Assembly (NCBI RefSeq): GCF_030384885.1
Contig: NZ_CP128613.1
Origin: Escherichia coli
GTDB lineage: Bacteria; Pseudomonadota; Gammaproteobacteria; Enterobacterales; Enterobacteriaceae
Strand: one strand, 5' to 3'
DNA: 64,000 bases
The stretch's first letter is position 1; each line of letters begins with the position of its first letter. Positions 24,096-35,788 of the stretch are shown in pieces. The position numbers were made by a program, and so were the translations under genes. A model generated the notes under the pieces. It was not told where the DNA came from and did not search any database. It saw nothing but the letters and a program-made list of their open reading frames with translations.

Positions 24096-26731
24096 TGTTT
24101 TTCCTCACACCTTTTTCCTTGCGGACAGCCATTTTCCGGCAGACGCGCGTTCTGCTCCAACCATGCCTGGAGATTATCGCCAAAGCGTAAACTGCGCCAC
24201 AGGGTAAAAATATTCTCTTCATGATGGTAATTAAGGTTTACCGTACCACTTTTACCGTCGACGCGACTGGTACCTGTAATATTGGCCTGCATGGTTAACA
24301 CACCGAGATTATCTAAATTAATTTTTGTCGATGAACGGCTAATTTCCATATAGCGCAACCAGTTAATCGCAGAACCCGCGGTCATATTGTCTTTCACCAC
24401 CGCATCTGCGGTGTCTTTATCCAGCCGCAAGGTCATTGGTCCGCTATTTGCCAGCCAGCCGTCTTTAACTATCCATTTTTCATTGTTCAGCCATAAAGGC
24501 AATGCCCCACTAAATGCCCCGGACATGGCGAATTGTTTCGGATTGACGGCGCTAACCAGTTCGCTGGATGAGAGATTATTCAGCCGCAACAGCGCCGGGT
24601 CATGTTGCGGCATGCGTAATTGTTTCATCAGCACGTTACCGCCTAACACATCGACGCTAACATCGGTCAACAACAATGGTTCGTCTTCACTCCACGGATA
24701 ACGCCCTTGCAAATCAGCCGTAATATTTTTCGCTGTCACAAGATTAATCACTTCGGCAATTCGCAACGTAACGGGGCCGCGAGTCCCCAGATGCCAGGCT
24801 CCATCGGCAAAACGGAAAGGCAGGACAAAATCGACACCGTTAACCTGATTATCTGGCATCCAGGCACTACCGCCTTTCAACACACCGTGCCCTCCCGCGC
24901 GGAATCCTTGTTCAGGCGCAGCAGAAAATGCGACCTGGGCATACAGTTCGCCATCGCGTAAGTTCATCTTCCAGTCGGGTGGCACCAGCGGCTGGAATAC
25001 GGTCAGTGATTGTTTAGGCCACCAGGCGTTACCGCGCAGACGAATACCGTCCCAGCGACCATTTACCCGAACCGGGCCAATCTCACCAGCATGTAAATCG
25101 CCTTTAAAGAGGAAATACGTCGGATCGCGTCCATCGACGCTAAATTTTAAGGTTGATGGCGGTAACACACTGCCACCCGTGAACAGCGTTTGCCCGGCGT
25201 CCAGTGACAGCGCGCCGCTAAAGGAGGGATGCTGTGCGTCACGTACCCAGACGACGGGCTTGTCGAGAATTAATCGCGGCTTTTCTACCGTCATCGTACC
25301 GTATTGTAACTGGTCGAAACCGGTTGAGAGATCGGTCAGCGTAATCGTGCTGTCATGCCACTCACCTTTTCCTGCGACATCCCAGGTGGCATTCATCGGT
25401 GTAAAACTCCCTTTTCCCCAGTAGCGCCACTGCCAGCGGCCAGCGTCAGGGAGAAAATCATTCGCCAGCCCATCCATATGCAGTACGAAATCGCCCAGTT
25501 CATTTTCATGCGCCTGCAAAATGGCCTGCAAACGCCCGTCAACACCACGTTGGGTGACTTTTACACCCGCTAAAGGCCAGCGGATTTCATCGATGTCCAG
25601 CGAATCGATGACTCTTCCCTTCGAACGTAATAACGCGCCTGGCTCAAAGGCCAGCGTTGGGTCAGTCAGACTTCCGCTTAGCTGCGCAGGTAAACGGGCA
25701 TATAAAATGAGGTCCGCCTGTTTCGCTTCACCGGTCAGTTGCAAAGGCAGCTGGCTGTTATCCATACTTAATTTTCCTGGGCCAAAATTTAGCACCGCGT
25801 TGCCCTTACCCGCTTGCCCCTGGGTCAGCACACTCAGTCGTCCGCTGACCAGAGCGTTCTCAAGCCCTGCCTGCCAGTTGTCGACTTTGACACCCAGTCG
25901 TCCACTCAAAGGAAAACCTGCATACGGCCAGCTCCAGCGACCATCGCTTACGGTCAATTGTTGGCGAGTAATTTGCCACGGCAGATCGAGCAACGGATCG
26001 CCGTTATCCCGTGCCAGCACAATCAATTGCCCGCTATTTTCCTGCCAGTCCAGCTCGGCATCCACCAGTGAAGGCTCCTGCGGCAAGTTTAACGTCGCAG
26101 TAGCATGACCACTTACAGGAAGTCCATCCGGCACTAGCGGCATAGTAAATTCCCCCACCAGTTTAACTGGCGGCTGATTTTCAAACGCGACGACATCCAG
26201 TTCGCTGACTGTAAGTTGTTGCCCTTTCAGCTGGCCTTGAAATTTAACTTTTTCGCCCTGATAACGCAGTTGCTGGATATCGGAGTTTAATGCGAGAGAG
26301 AGTTTTCCCTGCCATTCCTGCCAGGGAGAAAAAATCAGTTTATCGATATTGATCCAGGTGTTAGGCAACATGGCCTGCCACTGCGCGAGGGTTTTTGGAG
26401 CGGCTGGCGATTGCTCCGTCTGCGGCAATTTCGCCAGACAAGCAGAGTCAAGTTCTACCGTGCCGACGTTCAATAACCAGCGGCTGGGATGAGAAAGGCT
26501 GGCGTTTGTGATATGTGCAAGCTGACAATCGCCCACCAGATAACGGAGATCGGGAATGATTAAACCTTTACGCGTAATGCGTGGGCTTTCATCTAATGCA
26601 ATACGTGTCCCGAGCGGTAGCCAGATGCCCGCCAGCGTGGGAACCCACAAGCCGAGCGTCATCAGCAGCGTCAACGGCACAAGAATAATCAGTAATAACA
26701 GCGCGAGAACGGCTTTATATTTACCCAGCAT
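24092..26731 (-). CDS. ydbH: AsmA-like large envelope protein YdbH
   Basis: 879-aa ORF with N-terminal membrane anchor; first gene of the ydbH-ynbE-ydbL operon. Confidence 0.88.
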   Translation of the reverse strand: MLGKYKAVLALLLLIILVPLTLLMTLGLWVPTLAGIWLPLGTRIALDESPRITRKGLIIPDLRYLVGDCQLAHITNASLSHPSRWLLNVGTVELDSACLAKLPQTEQSPAAPKTLAQWQAMLPNTWINIDKLIFSPWQEWQGKLSLALNSDIQQLRYQGEKVKFQGQLKGQQLTVSELDVVAFENQPPVKLVGEFTMPLVPDGLPVSGHATATLNLPQEPSLVDAELDWQENSGQLIVLARDNGDPLLDLPWQITRQQLTVSDGRWSWPYAGFPLSGRLGVKVDNWQAGLENALVSGRLSVLTQGQAGKGNAVLNFGPGKLSMDNSQLPLQLTGEAKQADLILYARLPAQLSGSLTDPTLAFEPGALLRSKGRVIDSLDIDEIRWPLAGVKVTQRGVDGRLQAILQAHENELGDFVLHMDGLANDFLPDAGRWQWRYWGKGSFTPMNATWDVAGKGEWHDSTITLTDLSTGFDQLQYGTMTVEKPRLILDKPVVWVRDAQHPSFSGALSLDAGQTLFTGGSVLPPSTLKFSVDGRDPTYFLFKGDLHAGEIGPVRVNGRWDGIRLRGNAWWPKQSLTVFQPLVPPDWKMNLRDGELYAQVAFSAAPEQGFRAGGHGVLKGGSAWMPDNQVNGVDFVLPFRFADGAWHLGTRGPVTLRIAEVINLVTAKNITADLQGRYPWSEDEPLLLTDVSVDVLGGNVLMKQLRMPQHDPALLRLNNLSSSELVSAVNPKQFAMSGAFSGALPLWLNNEKWIVKDGWLANSGPMTLRLDKDTADAVVKDNMTAGSAINWLRYMEISRSSTKINLDNLGVLTMQANITGTSRVDGKSGTVNLNYHHEENIFTLWRSLRFGDNLQAWLEQNARLPENGCPQGKRCEEKQ

Positions 26732-26938
26732 GGGTAGTTAATATCCTGATTTAGCGAAAAATTAAGCATTCAATACGGGTATTGTGGCATGTTTAACCGT
26801 TCAGTTGAAGGTTGCGCCTACACTAAGCATAGTTGTTGATGAATTTTTCAATATCGCCATAGCTTTCAATTATATTTGAAATTTTGTAAAATATTTTTAG
26901 TAGCTTAAATGTGATTCAACATCACTGGAGAAAGTCTT

Positions 26939-27928
26939 ATGAAACTCGCCGTTTATAGCACAAAACAGTACGACAAGAAGTACCTGCAACAGGTGAACGA
27001 GTCCTTTGGCTTTGAGCTGGAATTTTTTGACTTTCTGCTGACGGAAAAAACCGCCAAAACCGCCAATGGCTGCGAAGCGGTATGCATTTTCGTAAACGAT
27101 GACGGCAGCCGCCCGGTGCTGGAAGAACTGAAAAAGCACGGCGTTAAATATATCGCCCTGCGCTGTGCCGGTTTCAATAACGTCGACCTTGACGCAGCAA
27201 AAGAACTGGGGCTGAAAGTAGTCCGTGTTCCAGCCTATGATCCAGAAGCTGTTGCTGAACACGCCATCGGTATGATGATGACGCTGAACCGCCGTATCCA
27301 TCGCGCATATCAGCGTACGCGTGACGCCAACTTCTCTCTGGAAGGTCTGACCGGCTTTACCATGTATGGCAAAACGGCAGGCGTTATCGGTACTGGTAAA
27401 ATCGGTGTGGCGATGCTGCGCATTCTCAAAGGTTTTGGTATGCGTCTGCTGGCGTTCGATCCGTATCCAAGTGCGGCGGCGCTGGAACTCGGTGTGGAGT
27501 ATGTCGATCTGCCAACCCTGTTGTCTGAATCAGACGTTATCTCTCTGCACTGCCCGCTGACACCGGAAAACTACCATCTGTTGAACGAAGCCGCCTTCGA
27601 TCAGATGAAAAATGGCGTGATGATCGTCAATACCAGTCGCGGTGCATTGATTGATTCTCAGGCGGCAATTGAAGCGCTGAAAAATCAGAAAATTGGTTCG
27701 TTGGGTATGGACGTGTATGAAAACGAACGCGATCTGTTCTTTGAAGATAAATCCAACGACGTAATCCAGGATGACGTATTCCGTCGTCTGTCTGCCTGCC
27801 ACAACGTGCTGTTTACCGGGCACCAGGCATTCCTGACAGCAGAAGCTCTGACCAGTATTTCTCAGACTACGCTGCAAAACTTAAGCAATCTGGAAAAAGG
27901 CGAAACCTGCCCGAACGAACTGGTTTAA
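26939..27928 (+). CDS. ldhA: fermentative D-lactate dehydrogenase
   Basis: 329-aa ORF; D-isomer 2-hydroxyacid dehydrogenase NAD-binding GVIGTGKIG. Confidence 0.95.
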   Translation: MKLAVYSTKQYDKKYLQQVNESFGFELEFFDFLLTEKTAKTANGCEAVCIFVNDDGSRPVLEELKKHGVKYIALRCAGFNNVDLDAAKELGLKVVRVPAYDPEAVAEHAIGMMMTLNRRIHRAYQRTRDANFSLEGLTGFTMYGKTAGVIGTGKIGVAMLRILKGFGMRLLAFDPYPSAAALELGVEYVDLPTLLSESDVISLHCPLTPENYHLLNEAAFDQMKNGVMIVNTSRGALIDSQAAIEALKNQKIGSLGMDVYENERDLFFEDKSNDVIQDDVFRRLSACHNVLFTGHQAFLTAEALTSISQTTLQNLSNLEKGETCPNELV

Positions 27929-28038
27929 TCTTGCCGCTCCCCTGTACGCCAGGGGAGCTTATTCAGATAATCCCCAAAGATATTTCATCCTCTATTCTTA
28001 AAATATTCCTCAGTCAGAAACCGTAATTGAGAACCACA

Positions 28039-28461
28039 ATGAAGAAAGTAGCCGCGCTTGTTGCGCTAAGCCTGCTGATGGCGGGATGTGTAAGTAATGA
28101 CAAAATTGCTGTAACCCCAGAACAGCTACAGCATCATCGCTTTGTGCTGGAAAGCGTAAACGGTAAGCCCGTGACCAGCGATAAAAACCCGCCAGAAATC
28201 AGCTTTGGTGAAAAGATGATGATTTCCGGCAGCATGTGTAACCGCTTTAGCGGTGAAGGCAAACTGTCTAATGGTGAACTGACAGCCAAAGGGCTGGCAA
28301 TGACCCGTATGATGTGCGCTAACCCACAGCTTAATGAACTCGATAACACCATTAGCGAAATGCTGAAAGAAGGTGCACAAGTGGATCTGACCGCGAACCA
28401 GTTAACGCTGGCGACCGCGAAACAGACATTAACTTATAAGCTGGCGGATTTAATGAATTAA
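28039..28461 (+). CDS. hslJ: heat-shock lipoprotein HslJ
   Basis: 140-aa ORF starting MKKVAALVALSLLMAGC (lipobox). Confidence 0.9.
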   Translation: MKKVAALVALSLLMAGCVSNDKIAVTPEQLQHHRFVLESVNGKPVTSDKNPPEISFGEKMMISGSMCNRFSGEGKLSNGELTAKGLAMTRMMCANPQLNELDNTISEMLKEGAQVDLTANQLTLATAKQTLTYKLADLMN

Positions 28462-28724
28462 TAGCTGCCACAGCTCCCGGCGGCAAGTGACTGTTCGCTA
28501 CAGCGTTTGCCGTTGGGTAATGCACACATCCCAATCGCCGTACCATCCAGTTGACGGGCAACAGAAAGCGAACCGCCGATCATTGCACAATTTGCTTCTC
28601 CACTACTGGACATCGACGCTTTTAAACCTGGCGCTACGTGCGCCGCAGTCGCCTGCTGAACAGGTTCACTACTACACGCCGACAATAATAAAGCGGCACA
28701 CCCTACCCAAAACGCTGCTCGCAT
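28458..28724 (-). CDS. ydbJ: small lipoprotein YdbJ (DUF333)
   Basis: 88-aa ORF with lipobox LLLSAC. Confidence 0.8.
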   Translation of the reverse strand: MRAAFWVGCAALLLSACSSEPVQQATAAHVAPGLKASMSSSGEANCAMIGGSLSVARQLDGTAIGMCALPNGKRCSEQSLAAGSCGSY

Positions 28725-28961
28725 CTTTTCTTCCTCTGATCTTCAAGCCAAACGACACCGCCATAAATAATAGGCAGCACAGAGGGCGGCGTCGAGAGCT
28801 GTCCTGCGCGTTGCCCCGCATTTTTACTTTTTTATGGCTATTTTTTTGCCCTCTGTTTGATCAAAACATTCATTACGCTGATGTGGGGGACACAAAAGCG
28901 AAAATGCAGAAGAAAGCCATTTGCTAAAATTGAAAGATAACTACTGGGCGCGCAGCAATTT

Positions 28962-28988
28962 CGTGCGCCCCTCATTTGCGCAATGTAA
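28962..28988 (+). promoter_or_regulatory. stem-loop in the ydbK 5' leader
   Basis: Inverted repeat gggcgcgca / tgcgcccc ending about 10 nt before the ydbK ATG. Confidence 0.3.
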
Positions 28989-28997
28989 GGGTGTCAT

Positions 28998-31900
28998 ATG
29001 ATTACTATTGACGGTAATGGCGCGGTTGCTTCGGTGGCGTTTCGCACCAGTGAAGTTATCGCCATCTACCCTATTACCCCCAGTTCCACGATGGCAGAAC
29101 AGGCTGATGCATGGGCCGGAAACGGCTTGAAAAACGTTTGGGGAGACACACCACGCGTGGTTGAAATGCAGTCGGAAGCGGGTGCTATCGCTACCGTGCA
29201 TGGTGCTTTGCAAACTGGCGCCCTCTCAACATCGTTTACGTCATCGCAGGGTTTGCTGCTGATGATCCCAACGCTGTACAAACTGGCAGGCGAACTGACG
29301 CCGTTTGTCCTGCATGTTGCGGCTCGTACCGTTGCCACACATGCACTCTCTATTTTTGGCGATCATTCCGACGTCATGGCAGTGCGCCAGACGGGTTGCG
29401 CGATGTTGTGTGCAGCAAACGTCCAGGAGGCGCAAGACTTTGCTCTCATTTCGCACATTGCGACGCTGAAAAGTCGCGTGCCATTTATTCATTTCTTTGA
29501 TGGTTTCCGCACGTCCCACGAGATCAATAAAATTGTCCCGCTGGCCGATGACACTATTCTTGAACTGATGCCGCAGGCAGAAATTGATGCTCATCGCGCC
29601 CGTGCACTCAACCCGGAACATCCGGTGATCCGCGGTACGTCCGCCAATCCTGACACTTATTTCCAGTCTCGCGAAGCCACCAACCCATGGTACAACGCAG
29701 TCTATGACCATGTTGAACAGGCGATGAATGATTTCGCTGCCGCGACAGGTCGCCATTATCAGCCCTTTGAGTATTACGGGCATCCACAAGCGGAACGGGT
29801 GATTATCCTGATGGGCTCTGCCATCGGCACCTGTGAAGAAGTGGTTGATGAATTGCTGACCCGAGGCGAAAAAGTGGGCGTGCTAAAAGTTCGTCTGTAC
29901 CGCCCCTTCTCCGCCAAACACTTGCTACAAGCTCTGCCGGGATCCGTACGCAGCGTGGCGGTAGTGGACAGAACCAAAGAACCGGGTGCCCAGGCAGAAC
30001 CGCTCTATCTGGATGTGATGACCACACTGGCTGAAGCCTTTAATAATGGCGAGCGCGAAACCCTGCCCCGTGTCATCGGCGGGCGCTATGGTCTTTCATC
30101 CAAAGAATTTGGCCCGGACTGTGTTCTGGCAGTATTTGCCGAACTCACTGCAGCTAAACCGAAAGCGCGCTTTACGGTTGGTATTTACGATGATGTGACC
30201 AATCTGTCACTGCCGTTGCCGGAAAACACCCTGCCAAACTCGGCGAAACTGGAAGCCTTGTTTTATGGTCTTGGTAGTGATGGCAGCGTTTCCGCGACCA
30301 AAAACAATATCAAGATTATCGGTAATTCCACGCCGTGGTACGCACAGGGCTATTTTGTTTACGACTCCAAAAAGGCGGGCGGCCTGACGGTTTCTCACCT
30401 TCGCGTGAGCGAACAGCCGATTCGTTCCGCTTATCTCATTTCCCAGGCTGATTTTGTTGGCTGCCACCAGTTGCAGTTTATCGATAAATATCAGATGGCT
30501 GAACGTTTAAAACCTGGCGGCATTTTCCTGCTCAACACGCCGTACAGCGCAGATGAAGTATGGTCGCGCTTGCCGCAGGAAGTTCAGGCCGTGTTAAACC
30601 AGAAAAAAGCGCGCTTCTATGTGATTAACGCGGCGAAAATCGCCCGTGAATGTGGCCTGGCGGCCCGTATTAATACCGTCATGCAGATGGCTTTTTTCCA
30701 TCTGACGCAAATTCTGCCTGGCGACAGCGCCCTGGCCGAATTGCAGGGCGCGATTGCCAAAAGCTACAGCAGCAAAGGCCAGGATCTGGTGGAACGCAAC
30801 TGGCAGGCTCTGGCACTGGCGCGTGAATCCGTAGAAGAAGTTCCGCTACAGCCGGTTAATCCGCACAGCGCCAATCGACCGCCTGTGGTTTCCGATGCTG
30901 CTCCTGATTTCGTGAAAACCGTTACCGCTGCGATGCTCGCCGGACTTGGCGATGCTCTCCCCGTTTCGGCGCTGCCGCCAGACGGCACCTGGCCGATGGG
31001 TACCACACGCTGGGAAAAACGCAATATTGCCGAAGAGATCCCCATCTGGAAAGAGGAACTCTGTACTCAATGTAACCACTGCGTCGCCGCTTGCCCACAC
31101 TCAGCTATTCGCGCCAAAGTGGTGCCGCCTGAAGCAATGGAAAATGCCCCTGCCAGCCTGCATTCGCTGGATGTAAAATCGCGTGATATGCGCGGGCAGA
31201 AATATGTCTTGCAGGTAGCTCCGGAAGATTGCACCGGCTGTAACCTGTGCGTCGAAGTTTGCCCGGCGAAAGACCGTCAGGATCCAGAGATCAAAGCTAT
31301 CAATATGATGTCACGTCTGGAACATGTAGAAGAAGAGAAAATCAATTACGACTTCTTCCTAAATTTACCAGAAATCGATCGCAGCAAACTGGAACGTATT
31401 GATATTCGTACATCGCAACTGATTACACCGCTGTTTGAATATTCAGGTGCTTGCTCTGGTTGTGGCGAGACGCCGTATATTAAATTGCTGACTCAGCTCT
31501 ATGGCGATCGGATGTTGATCGCTAACGCTACGGGTTGTTCTTCAATTTATGGTGGTAACCTGCCCTCCACACCATATACCACCGATGCCAACGGTCGTGG
31601 ACCGGCATGGGCGAACTCGCTGTTTGAAGATAACGCCGAATTTGGCCTTGGTTTCCGCCTGACGGTCGATCAACACCGTGTCCGCGTGCTGCGTCTGCTG
31701 GATCAATTTGCCGATAAAATCCCGGCTAAATTACTAACTGCGTTGAAATCAGACGCCACGCCAGAGGTTCGTCGTGAACAGGTTGCAGCTTTACGCCAGC
31801 AACTCAACGATGTTGCTGAAGCACATGAACTGCTGCGTGATGCAGATGCACTGGTGGAAAAATCAATCTGGCTGATTGGTGGCGATGGCTGGGCTTACGA

Positions 31901-32522
31901 TATTGGCTTTGGCGGTCTGGATCATGTATTGAGTCTGACGGAAAACGTCAACATTCTGGTGCTGGATACGCAATGCTATTCCAATACCGGTGGTCAGGCG
32001 TCAAAAGCCACGCCGCTTGGCGCGGTGACTAAGTTTGGCGAGCACGGCAAACGTAAAGCGCGTAAAGATCTTGGCGTCAGTATGATGATGTACGGTCATG
32101 TTTATGTGGCGCAGATTTCTCTCGGCGCGCAGCTCAACCAGACGGTGAAAGCGATTCAGGAAGCGGAAGCGTATCCGGGGCCATCGCTGATCATCGCTTA
32201 TAGCCCGTGTGAAGAGCATGGTTACGATCTGGCACTCAGTCACGACCAGATGCGCCAACTCACTGCTACCGGCTTCTGGCCGCTATATCGCTTTGATCCG
32301 CGTCGTGCCGATGAAGGCAAACTGCCGCTGGCGCTGGATTCACGCCCGCCGTCAGAAGCACTGGAAGAAACGTTACTTCACGAGCAGCGTTTCCGTCGTC
32401 TGAATTCGCAGCAGCCAGAAGTGGCAGAACAGTTATGGAAAGATGCCGCAGCTGATTTGCAAAAACGCTATGACTTCCTGGCACAAATGGCCGGAAAAGC
32501 GGAAAAAAGCAACACCGATTAA
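28998..32522 (+). CDS. ydbK: pyruvate:flavodoxin/ferredoxin oxidoreductase
   Basis: 1174-aa ORF; two 4Fe-4S ferredoxin motifs CTQCNHCVAACP and CTGCNLCVEVCP; thiamine-diphosphate domain region GGDGW. Confidence 0.95.
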   Translation: MITIDGNGAVASVAFRTSEVIAIYPITPSSTMAEQADAWAGNGLKNVWGDTPRVVEMQSEAGAIATVHGALQTGALSTSFTSSQGLLLMIPTLYKLAGELTPFVLHVAARTVATHALSIFGDHSDVMAVRQTGCAMLCAANVQEAQDFALISHIATLKSRVPFIHFFDGFRTSHEINKIVPLADDTILELMPQAEIDAHRARALNPEHPVIRGTSANPDTYFQSREATNPWYNAVYDHVEQAMNDFAAATGRHYQPFEYYGHPQAERVIILMGSAIGTCEEVVDELLTRGEKVGVLKVRLYRPFSAKHLLQALPGSVRSVAVVDRTKEPGAQAEPLYLDVMTTLAEAFNNGERETLPRVIGGRYGLSSKEFGPDCVLAVFAELTAAKPKARFTVGIYDDVTNLSLPLPENTLPNSAKLEALFYGLGSDGSVSATKNNIKIIGNSTPWYAQGYFVYDSKKAGGLTVSHLRVSEQPIRSAYLISQADFVGCHQLQFIDKYQMAERLKPGGIFLLNTPYSADEVWSRLPQEVQAVLNQKKARFYVINAAKIARECGLAARINTVMQMAFFHLTQILPGDSALAELQGAIAKSYSSKGQDLVERNWQALALARESVEEVPLQPVNPHSANRPPVVSDAAPDFVKTVTAAMLAGLGDALPVSALPPDGTWPMGTTRWEKRNIAEEIPIWKEELCTQCNHCVAACPHSAIRAKVVPPEAMENAPASLHSLDVKSRDMRGQKYVLQVAPEDCTGCNLCVEVCPAKDRQDPEIKAINMMSRLEHVEEEKINYDFFLNLPEIDRSKLERIDIRTSQLITPLFEYSGACSGCGETPYIKLLTQLYGDRMLIANATGCSSIYGGNLPSTPYTTDANGRGPAWANSLFEDNAEFGLGFRLTVDQHRVRVLRLLDQFADKIPAKLLTALKSDATPEVRREQVAALRQQLNDVAEAHELLRDADALVEKSIWLIGGDGWAYDIGFGGLDHVLSLTENVNILVLDTQCYSNTGGQASKATPLGAVTKFGEHGKRKARKDLGVSMMMYGHVYVAQISLGAQLNQTVKAIQEAEAYPGPSLIIAYSPCEEHGYDLALSHDQMRQLTATGFWPLYRFDPRRADEGKLPLALDSRPPSEALEETLLHEQRFRRLNSQQPEVAEQLWKDAAADLQKRYDFLAQMAGKAEKSNTD

Positions 32523-32550
32523 ATGCTCTGGATAAGGATTATCCAATTCT

Positions 32551-32660
32551 AAAAAAAAGCCCGGACGACTGTTCGGGCTTGTCTTTTTATATGTTGGAAA
32601 ATCAGTGGCAATGCAATGGCCCAACAGAAAATAAAATCTGTGACAATAAAGGCATATAAC
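32551..32660 (-). ncRNA. micC: MicC sRNA (Hfq-dependent repressor of ompC)
   Basis: Reverse complement of this interval matches the recalled MicC sequence GTTATATGCCTTTATTGTCACAG...GCCCGAACAGTCGTCCGGGCTTTTTTTT, including its intrinsic terminator. Confidence 0.85.
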
Positions 32661-32887
32661 CCGCGCAGAATAACGTATAGCAAATTAAAAGTATAATTTT
32701 TATTTTGTATGTATTACCTTCAATACATTCACCATACTTATTATCATTTCATAAGAATTATTTGATTAAGATTTAACTTAAGGCGTAACAAATGATATTT
32801 ATCGGCTAACGGAACTTCTCCTTTAGGATGTTTTTACTCCCCGAAGCCGGGGTAAAAGGCAAATAAAATAACTAAAGGATTTATTCA

Positions 32888-34021
32888 ATGAAAAGCAAAG
32901 CACTGGCACTCTTAATTCCGTCCCTGCTTGCAGCAGGTGCTGCACATGCAGCCGAAGTTTATAATAAAGACGGCAACAAATTAGATCTGTATGGCAAAGT
33001 TGATGGCCTGCATTATTTTTCTGATAATTCAGCGAAAGATGGCGACCAGAGCTATGCGCGTCTGGGTTTTAAAGGCGAAACCCAAATTAACGATCAACTT
33101 ACTGGCTACGGTCAATGGGAATACAATATTCAGGCAAACAACACTGAATCTTCAAAAAACCAGTCATGGACCCGTCTGGCATTTGCCGGACTGAAATTTG
33201 CAGATTACGGTTCTTTCGATTACGGACGTAATTATGGCGTAATGTACGACATCGAAGGCTGGACCGATATGCTGCCTGAATTTGGCGGTGACTCTTATAC
33301 CAATGCAGACAACTTTATGACTGGTCGTGCCAATGGCGTCGCGACTTATCGTAACACTGATTTCTTCGGTCTGGTAAATGGTCTGAACTTCGCGGTGCAG
33401 TATCAAGGTAACAACGAAGGAGCCAGTAATGGTCAGGAAGGCACCAACAACGGACGTGATGTTCGCCATGAAAACGGTGACGGCTGGGGTCTTTCCACAA
33501 CATATGATTTAGGCATGGGCTTTAGCGCTGGTGCGGCATACACCTCTTCTGACCGCACCAATGACCAGGTTAACCATACTGCGGCGGGTGGTGATAAAGC
33601 AGACGCGTGGACTGCTGGGCTAAAATACGATGCTAACAATATTTACCTGGCAACCATGTATTCAGAAACGCGTAATATGACCCCGTTTGGCGACAGCGAT
33701 TATGCTGTTGCAAACAAAACCCAGAACTTTGAAGTCACTGCACAGTACCAGTTTGATTTTGGTCTGCGTCCGGCAGTCTCTTTCCTGATGTCTAAAGGCC
33801 GTGACCTGCACGCTGCCGGTGGTGCAGACAACCCGGCAGGTGTTGATGATAAAGATCTGGTAAAATACGCCGATGTTGGCGCGACTTACTATTTCAATAA
33901 AAATATGTCCACTTACGTTGACTATAAAATCAACCTGTTGGATGAAGATGACAGCTTCTACGCTGCCAACGGCATCTCTACCGATGATATTGTCGCTTTA
34001 GGTCTGGTTTATCAGTTCTAA
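32888..34021 (+). CDS. ompN: outer-membrane porin OmpN
   Basis: 377-aa ORF with signal peptide and porin C-terminus ...GLVYQF. Confidence 0.92.
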   Translation: MKSKALALLIPSLLAAGAAHAAEVYNKDGNKLDLYGKVDGLHYFSDNSAKDGDQSYARLGFKGETQINDQLTGYGQWEYNIQANNTESSKNQSWTRLAFAGLKFADYGSFDYGRNYGVMYDIEGWTDMLPEFGGDSYTNADNFMTGRANGVATYRNTDFFGLVNGLNFAVQYQGNNEGASNGQEGTNNGRDVRHENGDGWGLSTTYDLGMGFSAGAAYTSSDRTNDQVNHTAAGGDKADAWTAGLKYDANNIYLATMYSETRNMTPFGDSDYAVANKTQNFEVTAQYQFDFGLRPAVSFLMSKGRDLHAAGGADNPAGVDDKDLVKYADVGATYYFNKNMSTYVDYKINLLDEDDSFYAANGISTDDIVALGLVYQF

Positions 34022-34026
34022 ATCCT

Positions 34027-34054
34027 CCTGCCCGCTGTTATGGCGGGCTTTTTC
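34027..34054 (+). terminator. ompN intrinsic terminator
   Basis: Hairpin gcccgctgttatggcgggc followed by TTTTT. Confidence 0.7.
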
Positions 34055-34080
34055 TGCTTATTCTTCCTCCTTTGATCTAA

Positions 34081-34596
<516 letters not shown>

Positions 34597-34602
34597 CACT
34601 AA

Positions 34603-34629
34603 CGCCCGCACATTGCTGCGGGCTTTTTG
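34603..34629 (+). terminator. uspF intrinsic terminator
   Basis: Hairpin cccgcacattgctgcggg followed by CTTTTTG. Confidence 0.7.
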
Positions 34630-34771
34630 ATTCATTTCGCAAATGTGCTGACATTTTCCCCTCTAATCCGTACCATACACGCCACAGTTTTTATATCAGA
34701 TTTCTTATGCTGGGCGTTCCGGCATGACGCATACTCTTCTGATGCCATATAACGAATTGAGTCGCTTTTAA

Positions 34772-35707
34772 ATGTCGCAAAATCAAGAAATTAGTAAGAA
34801 AGAACAATACAATCTGAACAAATTACAAAAACGTCTGCGTCGTAACGTGGGCGAAGCCATTGCTGACTTCAATATGATTGAAGAAGGCGATCGCATCATG
34901 GTTTGCCTCTCCGGGGGTAAAGACAGCTATACCATGCTGGAGATTCTGCGCAATTTGCAGCAAAGCGCGCCAATCAATTTTTCGCTGGTGGCTGTTAACC
35001 TCGATCAAAAGCAACCGGGCTTCCCGGAACACGTTCTGCCCGAGTATCTTGAAAAGCTGGGCATTGAGTACAAGATTGTGGAAGAGAACACTTACGGTAT
35101 CGTGAAAGAGAAGATTCCGGAGGGCAAAACCACTTGCTCACTGTGTTCTCGTCTTCGTCGCGGAATTCTTTACCGTACCGCAACGGAACTGGGAGCGACG
35201 AAGATCGCGCTGGGTCACCATCGTGACGATATCCTGCAAACGTTGTTCTTAAATATGTTCTACGGCGGCAAGATGAAAGGTATGCCTCCGAAACTGATGA
35301 GCGATGATGGCAAACATATTGTGATTCGTCCGCTGGCCTACTGCCGCGAGAAAGATATTCAGCGCTTTGCCGATGCAAAAGCGTTCCCGATTATTCCGTG
35401 CAACCTGTGCGGTTCACAACCTAACCTGCAACGTCAGGTGATTGCTGACATGTTGCGTGACTGGGATAAACGTTATCCGGGGCGTATCGAGACGATGTTC
35501 AGCGCGATGCAGAATGTGGTGCCGTCGCATCTGTGCGATACCAACCTGTTCGATTTCAAAGGCATTACCCACGGTTCTGAAGTGGTTAACGGGGGTGATC
35601 TGGCGTTTGATCGCGAAGAGATCCCTCTACAACCGGCGGGTTGGCAGCCTGAAGAAGATGAAAATCAGTTGGATGAGTTACGACTGAATGTGGTTGAAGT
35701 GAAATAA
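34772..35707 (+). CDS. ttcA: tRNA 2-thiocytidine(32) synthetase TtcA, prophage-free allele
   Basis: 311-aa ORF with PP-loop SGGKDS and Cys motifs; the N-terminus [14 protein letters not shown] differs from the recalled K-12 Rac-lysogen form MQENQQITKKEQYN. Confidence 0.9.
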   Translation: MSQNQEISKKEQYNLNKLQKRLRRNVGEAIADFNMIEEGDRIMVCLSGGKDSYTMLEILRNLQQSAPINFSLVAVNLDQKQPGFPEHVLPEYLEKLGIEYKIVEENTYGIVKEKIPEGKTTCSLCSRLRRGILYRTATELGATKIALGHHRDDILQTLFLNMFYGGKMKGMPPKLMSDDGKHIVIRPLAYCREKDIQRFADAKAFPIIPCNLCGSQPNLQRQVIADMLRDWDKRYPGRIETMFSAMQNVVPSHLCDTNLFDFKGITHGSEVVNGGDLAFDREEIPLQPAGWQPEEDENQLDELRLNVVEVK

Positions 35708-35788
35708 CCCGGATAGCGCCCGATGCGCAAGCTTATCGGGCTACTCTTATGGAGGCCGGATAAGACGCGGCCAGCGTCGCATCCGGCA
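35708..35788. repeat. REP/BIME element (two REP units)
   Basis: cccggatagcgcccgatgcgcaagcttatcgggcta and gccggataagacgcggccagcgtcgcatccggca between the convergent ttcA and dbpA. Confidence 0.7.
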
